Assembly (NCBI GenBank): GCA_003344405.1
Contig: NOWV01000025.1
Coordinates: 678,930-698,929, forward strand
Source of the DNA: Trichoplax sp. H2
Taxonomy: Eukaryota
DNA: 20,000 nt
Reading direction: 5' to 3'
Shown: piece after piece, positions 12,185 through 20,000 of the stretch
Layout: each line of letters starts with the position of its first letter
Numbering within the stretch: the stretch's first letter is position 1
The notes under the pieces: model-generated
Told to the model about the DNA's origin: nothing
Seen by the model: only the letters and a program-made list of their open reading frames with translations
Database searches by the model: none
Program-made: the position numbers and the translations under genes

Positions 12185-15100
12185 TTAGTTAAAATGGTTA
12201 GAATCGATTGTATTGTTATAATCCGGAGGTGCTTCCGTTAGAGATCTTGTCGCTATATTCATTGATTGAGGATGTGCTGTTGTAGGAGTCGGTATTATTC
12301 TTCCTGATGGATATGCCATTGGAATTTCAGAGAGAAGTTGAGAATTAGGGTTAATAGATTGTTGTTGCAAAGGAACTGCACGTTGATACGTTACAGCTAT
12401 TTTGTTTAAGAAGACGTAATGGAGTTAAAATAACTATTTCATACTGATATCATTATTATATATCGTCGTTAAACTATAGTAGAATCGGGAAAGAATAGTA
12501 TAATTTTAAGTTTATAAGCTATTGATCTAGTAGATATAATTACTGTATGCATAGCCCTTAAGGTAAATCTCTTCTAATCATTTGCTAAATAACGGTAAGA
12601 TTAGTTAAATTTTGAACACATGTGAATATCATCTAATGCACTTAGAAGTTCAATTTTGGAGTGCGATCAAAGTTTCTTATGGTCACTCAAACGGCATTTC
12701 TAGCCTTGATTAATGATAAGTAGCGATCAACTTACCCTCTGGTTGAGCCATGGCTAAAGTGGTATATGGATTTTGAATAAGTGCTCTCTATTTATAACGC
12801 AGAGTCATGAAATGTTTTAAAATTTTACCAGTTGAAGCAATGAAATAAATTATGCGTATTAATTTATGAAATAAACTAGGTATTAAATATGTCGTATGAT
12901 GCAAACTGTGCTCCCTATTTACAACACAGAGTCATGAAATAATTTTAAAATTTTACCGGTTCGTAGCAATTTATGAAATAAATTGGGTATTAAATATGCC
13001 ATCTGATGCAAAGTCTTAACTTAACTTAACTATCATATTTTATGCTTATGTAGTCATCACGTAGTACATGGTGAATTAATTCATGATATACGGTACTTTG
13101 CTATCATAAGTTTGTGAAGAATATTCTATTAAATAATTTTACCAGTCATCATATAAAAAAGAAAGGAAAGATGGTAAAAAAAATTACGTCTACATGTATA
13201 GAGCAAATAAATCTACGACGACTTACATTTTGTGAACAATAGACGTTGTGAGATAGAATAATGAGTAACGCCAGCGATAGCGAAAGTCCAATGAGAGATA
13301 AAGGGAGTGAAATCGAAGCTGATATTATTGCTCCGTAGATGAAACTTGCAATCGATAAAGCCAGATGTGGTAACGAAAATATAAATGTAATAATACTGAA
13401 GGCATAAAAGGCATTTATCTGTGAAGAATTGAGAAGAAAAATAACTGATTTTGAGGAATTAAGTAAAGACGAATATCACACAGTTTTGTTAAAAGTTCTT
13501 AGTGTGGTCGCACATTGAACTTACCGTGGAAGGATTACTTGGATTTTGATTTTGGGTGATACCAAGGGCACCGCATATTAAGTACTAAAATTTAGGAATA
13601 ACCATTTGCATTCAGTTTTAGTATAAGTAATCCAGATTATCCCAACACTTAACTACATAGTGAAATTTGAAATAACAATTTCAAATATTATGATCAGTAA
13701 TCGTTTTCGTGAGTCATATTTTATTATGGTACACATGGTCATTTCATTTAAAGTAACGTTTACGAATATAAATGAATATCATGCACTCTATGCTGCACAT
13801 ATGCAATGTTTGACCTAACTGAAGTAGGTGTAGACTATTTGGCTTCAATTCGAAAGTATTTCAAGGTATGATTCACTAACGTTTTAAATTAAACAATCGA
13901 TCAAGTGCTGGCTGCATAGATATCGCGCTATTTACTAAATATTATTAAATTTGGAGTCATGAGTACTCTAAGGGCACCTTAGACTTTTTTGTAATGGTAC
14001 TAGATTTAAACGCATTTAAAAATTTTTAAAAAGGTACGGTACTAATTCAAGAATTATTAGGTAGCAGAAAGTCGAAGAAGACGTCATGAGCATTCCATAT
14101 TTATGCTTGTCGACTGCTGTATCGATAATTGTAATCTGGGCTATGTCAACACTTTCAAAGCAATTTTATTCGTTTTATTTATTACAAATTTAGCTTTTAC
14201 AATAGTGTAGGGTACTGTGTATGATCGATATCCAAGTGAGCTGCAACGATGATTTTGTGCTGTATGGCATGCGATTTAAGAGATAGGGCATAGTAGAATG
14301 AACAAAGAAATGATAAGCTCCGTTATTTTGACTGAGCCATACTTCTCGTCTCTAATAATTTCTAGGGGAAGTATTAAGCTTTTATTATTACCAATATCGA
14401 TTTGTGACACTTATGCATCAAATTGAAATAATTTTATCATAAAATTTACTGTTGCAGTTACCCTAGATTTCTTTTCTGTAAGTCATTATATATTCGTAGA
14501 TATGTTTGTAAAAATTAAAATACTTTGAGTTTTGACTTGAAACCGTCTGTAGAATGGAAATTTTGAGGAACCAGTACCGTATACAGTAATTCTTTTCTAC
14601 AGTATTAATTATCATGGTAAAACCATAAGCATCGAGTTACAAAATAGTACCGTAACTAGGATTATATCGACGAACAATTAGTGCATTGCTACAATTAGGG
14701 ACTCCTACAGATAATAAAGTTCTAAATTGCAAATTACTTGTGTGAACAGATCAGATTTTCCACTTCAAATTGAAAAAAGCATTTGAAAGATTTAGGGATA
14801 CAAGCAGGTGAAGAAAGCATAAGCTAGCAGGGATATATTAACCTGTTGTAATATATTTATCTGAAGACACTAATATTAACAGTGATAGAGCAAAAATTTT
14901 ATCTCTAATGTTATAATGAACGTCTACAGTAAAGTATGGTAGTGCACATACCAGTTTATTGCAGAGGGTATATTGATTGATTAACTAGTAGAACCCCTGC
15001 TCGTTATACATCGCGTACTACATGTACCTTTATAATATTGCAGCTTGTTCAACAGTACTTGAAATTTCTATCATTATGCCTAATAATGACGACAATTTAG

Positions 15101-15458
15101 GTAGACTATTTGTCTAAGTCTAAAACGCCAGCTCAAATGCTGGCCGCTATTAATTTACTACCATACTTACAAAAAATCCGCTCCAAATATTACTACCGCT
15201 GATTGTCGACGGGCCATAAGGCATGGCTCCCAAGCAAATGCCGCCAAAGATCAGACAAAGAATACCGAGAGTGAGTAGAGAAATGGACATGTAATATAAA
15301 GGTCGACGAAAGTTGGATGGCACCGTGGGAATTTGTACAACTTGCTGTTGAAGGTATTGCGGATAGAAGGGTATATGTACAACTGGCTGTTGAATTTGTG
15401 GATGACATTGAGATACAACTTGTCGTGGATGTTGCTGCTGAGAATTCACTGCTGCCAT
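12185..15458 (-). CDS. CD20/MS4A-like four-TM protein, paralog 3 (267 aa, 5 coding exons)
   Basis: Exons 15458-15171, 13584-13525, 13418-13227, 12787-12736, 12396-12185 (288+60+192+52+212=804 nt). GT-AG introns. TM2 GSNIWSGFF|YLICGALGI; FSLPH; ILSHNVYC; tail has APPDYNN. Confidence 0.9.
12781..13013. repeat. Tandem duplication (127-nt offset) of the intron 3 / exon 4 acceptor region of paralog 3
   Basis: gtgctctctatttataacgcagagtcatgaaat...ggtattaaatatgtcgtatgatgcaaa (12781-12905) versus gtgctccctatttacaacacagagtcatgaaat...ggtattaaatatgccatctgatgcaaa (12908-13012). Confidence 0.9.
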
Positions 15459-16049
15459 TTTTTACATCACTCTTGAAAATCGCTTGAAATCGTCTTAATA
15501 ATTTCTACTAATGCTGAATGGAATCAGTCAAAAAGATTGAAAAATAACTAGGTCGTTATGCAATAATATGGTAGTTTAATTGCGTCACACAAACATAAAG
15601 ATGGTGTTAAAAGTGATGTCTTCTAACTTGTAACTAATACTAAAGAAATTTATCCAACATATCGATTCAAACCGTCAATTTCGATGGCAGTAAGTTAATA
15701 ATACTTTGTTATTGCACTTCTATCCGTTAACACCGTCCAAAGTCCTCAACTCTTCTAAGGGATAAGAAGTGTTTATAATAAAAGAAAATCTGTTTCCGTT
15801 TATTTTTATTATTCTATTTGCTAGATAACAATGACTTTAATTATATAGAGTCTTTTTCGCTTGATGGATTTAATTAAAATACTGTAGATAAAATAATAGT
15901 TGATACACAATTAGGACTCTTCTTTAACGATATATAGGTATTTAGAAAGGTTTATTTTTCTTTTCTATATGCTATTTTATATCTTTTGGATACAGTACAA
16001 TGTATGGTAGCAAGGAAATTAGATTTCTTTGTTGGCAACATACGCGTAG

Positions 16050-16720
16050 GTTTTTCTTGTATCTCTAGGGTTGGTAATTTTACACTTGATCCCTTGATTG
16101 ATTCTGGACATTTAAAATGTCTATCATTATTGTCACAGTTAACATGGCGACTGCCAATAGGAATAGTGCCCAGCAATTTGTTGCTTGTATGATGGCGAAT
16201 ACATCTTGCTATGTAGACTTTAGTTTTGCTTACCTTGATGAATCAGGATGAGTAGCTGATTAATCATCATGATTGTTGTGCATTGATAATTTTAACTAAT
16301 AGATGGTTATGGAATGCCTCCAGAATGACTTTTACATAGCATCTTTTTGTCATAAGACGACCCCTTCTAGGGATGGACTAATAACAATACATACTAGACC
16401 TTTTGCATATTTTAAACATAGAATTGCATACTTTATAGTTTTATATATTAGTTGAGATACCCCTTTACAATAAAGGGATAAAAAGCAGAAACTTATACCA
16501 AGTGGTCATGCTGTGAATTATTGGTAATTATATATATAATTGTATAATTGGCATTGATTTAACTTTGATATTAATTGGCTGGCTTTCAATAAAATTTCGC
16601 ATCATAATTTTCTTGAAGAGAGATTAGTAGATGCCAGGGAGATAGTCCATTTCTACAGCCGTGCTGTAGGCTTATCCAGTGATAGTGTTTGAATTCTTCG
16701 TAGTAATGCCATTTCCTGGT
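16050..16720 (-). mobile_element. Probable highly degenerate Ty3/Gypsy pol relic (RNase H end to integrase)
   Basis: Minus-strand motifs in Gypsy order: KPTARL*KW (16673-16647, RNase H RLxRW-like); then in one frame VILEAFHNH...YSS*FIKVSKTKVYIARCIRH (from 16329, HHCC-like spacing), LGTIPI...HVNCD and RHFKCPESI. Many stops; recognised by eye only. Confidence 0.4.
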
Positions 16721-17072
16721 CATAATTTTTTAATTGTAGTAGTAATAATCATTTAGAATTAAATTTAATTACAGTATTTACTTAAAGTGATAATGTACTG
16801 ATGACTATCCTTACAAAATATGCTATAGTTTCATTGTTTTGATGTATCATGCGAAGTAACTAATCGCCTATCCTGGTTGGCATTGATTTAAGTTTCCACT
16901 TTGATACATATGTTTTAAGAATTTCAAATACTGTACTACTGAATATACTTTATTCATAATACAGAGTTTAATCAAATAAATGTTGAATATAACTTTAGAA
17001 GAATAGTTTTACTTTGTGTGCACCAGGAGTTTGTGACAAGACCATAAAAGGCGAGTGGCTAAATACTACTTT

Positions 17073-17128
17073 TTAGTTAGTTAGTCGGTTAGTTAGTCGG
17101 TTAATTAATTAGTCGATTAGTTAGTTAA
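17073..17128. repeat. Degenerate (TTAG)n microsatellite with a 12-nt higher-order unit TTAGTTAGTCGG
   Basis: ttagttagttagtcggttagttagtcggttaattaattagtcgattagttagttaa. Confidence 0.8.
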
Positions 17129-18049
17129 CTAATTTGTCAATTGCTATTAAATTGCCAATACTATAATCTTCATTATCAAGACTTCTATAGCAATAAATAG
17201 TAGTAATTATCTGACTACCTCGCCTATACTATCAGCGAGGTCTATAACTATCCTTTAGTATTTGGTCGCTGGAACTAATCTATTTGGCGATATAGCTAAT
17301 CTCGTCTCGTTAAGTCTGTATAAGAGGCGTTCTTCGTTAGCGTTGGCATGTATAGACTTACTTTGTCACTAGTAAGGTATGACATCAATGTATTTTTTAA
17401 TTGAGCTTATTAGTGGGAAAATAGAAATTTTTAAAATGTATGAATGCTGAAGTTGACCTGCTATTCATAAATATGCCTAAGCTTTATACCATCATTCTAT
17501 TGGTGCGGTAGAAGCTAAACAAAATGTTGATATCAACGTCAAAATAATATATCTTGTTAAAATGGATGTTTCTGAAGCTACCAAATCAGTGCGACTTGAA
17601 TTTAAGGGAAAGAGTTGAAAGTTATGTCTAATCCAATGCAAATAAATAATTTGTTACCGAGTTGTAACAATGAGTATATCTAGAAAAATAATGAATAATT
17701 TTACATAATGTCCGATTCAGATATCATTATTGAATCATATTTTAACACTATCCAAGGAATTTAGTAGAGAAACCATTGAATGAATTAAAAGAAATTGCTT
17801 GCTTTATTCAATAACATTCTGCATTAGTATGCTATGTTGATACAGTATACGACTTTACAACTATTTTAAGAAATAATAAAATCAATTAGAACTTCAACAG
17901 TCACGAGTACTTATAGCTTTGATAGAATATTTTGCTTTCTAGGTAACGAAGATCAGATATGAAGCTGCGTTAAAGCCTTCATATTATGTCAGTATTAAGA
18001 ACTAAGGCAGAAACCATCAGCTTTTGTAGTTTCTAAAAGTATGTAAGTA

Positions 18050-19439
18050 TTAATAAGGAGGAGGTAATCCAGATGGAGATTTTTCGTAACTCGTATCGGT
18101 TGGTTGAGGGTTCATCATTGGTGGCGGCTGCAAAGGAGCTCCAGCTGGCGGCTGCAAAGGAGCTCCAACTGGCGGCTGCAAAGGAGCTCCAACTGGCATA
18201 TTTGGATTAGCCGTGATTGGTGGTTGTTGCATGGGTTGATTTACTTGATACGTTACTGTTAAATAAAGATTTTTTCATTAATTAAGTTGGATCTAATGAT
18301 GCATTAGGAAAATACGTTCGTATAATAATTGATGTTAAAATATTTGCCATTTACTAGGCCGTGTCTGAATTGATCTGACTCTTTTGATAAATTATTTATA
18401 GCACGATGGGATATCATTTTGAATGTTAATGTGGATCATGAGAGTTTTATTAGTAGCTACAACATTACATCATGTATAAGATAGCAAGAAATACAGTGAA
18501 ATAATTTACAGTCTATTAAACTAAATTTGCCTTTATAAATATATCCATGCAATATTGAAATTAGTTTCGATTTAAATCGATATATTCGTCTGGAAGAAAA
18601 TAAGATCTTGATAAATCAATATACTGACCTGGTTGAGTTTCGGTGAAGTTGGAGTACTGACCTTGACTAAATTGACCCTAAATGAATTATACTTTTTAGA
18701 TATAAGTGGCCAAATGAGCTTAGTAGGTTATATCTTGCATAATTAATTTAATGAATTAAAGTCTGAGCCGCAAATATTAGTAGTAGCACTTTTCGCTGTT
18801 ACTTGATTATATAGTCAAACGTCCTGTATCACACACTAAACAAATTTAAAAATATGTGCCATGAAATCGAAAGATTGGCTGGTTCACACGAAATAAATTA
18901 GTGATAAACTGAAATTATAGCATTTAAAATATCTCTAGAATAGATTTTCGATGATAATGATTTTGATAGCACTTTTATTAGACGGTAAGTTTTTATAATA
19001 AAATATATAGGTGCTGGACAGTGTCATAATTTGGATGAGTGGATGTTATTAAGGAGTAAAAGCGATGGAATTACTTACGCTTGGTCGGCAGTAAATATGT
19101 TGTGATAAGATGATGATAAATGCTAAAGTCAGAGAAAGCGCAAGTAGTGAAAAGACCAGAGAAATCGCTCCAAAAAGTGCACCATAAGTAGCTAAACTTG
19201 CAATTGCTAAGCCCAAATGCGGAAGCGAGAAAATAAATCCAATAATATTGAATGCATAAAAGGCATGCGTCTGTTGGTATTGATATATCAGCGATCAAAT
19301 ATGTTAGATACAAATGAAACATAAGGCAAGAAAAAGTTAGCTAGCAAGTAAAAAATAGGTGCAGATATACTCTGCTTACTATGGAAATATTCGTGGGAGA
19401 TTTTGTATGGGATATACCGAGAATTCCAGCAATGAGGTA
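18050..19439 (-). CDS. CD20/MS4A-like four-TM protein, paralog 4, 5'-partial (coding exons 2-5; exon 1 expected beyond 20000)
   Basis: Exons 19439-19380 (YLIAGILGISHTKSPTNISI), 19270-19079 (THAFYAFNIIGFIFSLPH...ILSQHIYCRPS), 18677-18629, 18255-18050. GT-AG introns and the same phases as the other paralogs; ends SGLPPPY*. Confidence 0.88.
18122..18197. repeat. Coding 24-bp tandem repeat, 3.2 copies (P[VA]GAPLQP) in the paralog 4 tail
   Basis: tggcggctgcaaaggagctcca[g/a]c x3 plus tggc; only one substitution among the copies. Confidence 0.95.
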
Positions 19440-20000
19440 CTAGAAATTATTTGAGGAATAAAAATAAATATAACCCTACTTGAATATTACTTAGTCAAAG
19501 CAAACAATAATTTTTAATTATAGTGCTGTTAAGACATTGAATGTCTAATCAGACTCACTAGACTATGTTATTGAGAAGTAACGTATTTATGCAAATATAA
19601 ATCATAAGTATTGTTACGAAATAGAAATTTAGCGATCCGTTTAATATGCTCAACTATTAGCTCTAATTCATAAAAGCTTCTGCTTGTTTGATGACTAAAT
19701 GTAGATATATATTTTGTTTTAAAATTGTAATTTTGAAGATTAGAGTTTAAATAACGCCGCTAATAGAATGCCTTCTTATCTTATGCTGTTCATCGTAAAC
19801 CTAATTATCTCTTTCATTCATGTGATAAAATATTTGCTAGTATTCGTGGTATTTCGTTATAGAATGTTGGAAGCGTTGTTTACTACTTATAACATTACTA
19901 ATATCTATGCATACTGATTTCAGTATTCAAGCTCTATAGAGCTCTTCCAGCTGTACTACAAGAAAGTCATGTAAGAGAAAATTCTTGGCAGTACTACTTT

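Noticed and set aside
17073..17128. Telomere-like repeat
   Set aside because: Unit is TTAG/TCGG rather than TTAGG(G); short and degenerate.
17217..17241. Small inverted repeat acctcgc...gcgaggt and similar hairpins (~16456-16480, ~16653-16669)
   Set aside because: 6-8 bp stems are expected by chance; no TIR/TSD or RNA gene context.
18122..18197. 24-bp direct repeats as a CRISPR-like array
   Set aside because: No spacers; contiguous coding repeat inside a eukaryotic exon.

Overview
AT-rich, intron-containing eukaryotic (probably invertebrate animal) DNA, not prokaryotic. The window is dominated by a head-to-tail tandem array of at least four paralogous minus-strand genes encoding CD20/MS4A-like four-transmembrane proteins. 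Three are complete (3570-6176, 8504-11169, 12185-15458) and a fourth (18050->19439) lacks exon 1, which should lie beyond the window. The ORF track shows only fragments; I rebuilt the models by hand. All share a 5-coding-exon GT-AG structure (intron phases 0,0,0,1; invariant 60-nt exon 2), an intramembrane FS[LI]PH motif, a YC after TM4 and a Gln/Pro-rich tail with a PPxY motif. Also present: a truncated Mag-like Ty3/Gypsy LTR relic (5' LTR, tRNA-Ser PBS, decayed gag; ~1945-2853), a probable decayed Gypsy pol relic (~16050-16720), a duplicated splice acceptor in paralog 3, an old ~500-bp duplication, and two short tandem repeats.
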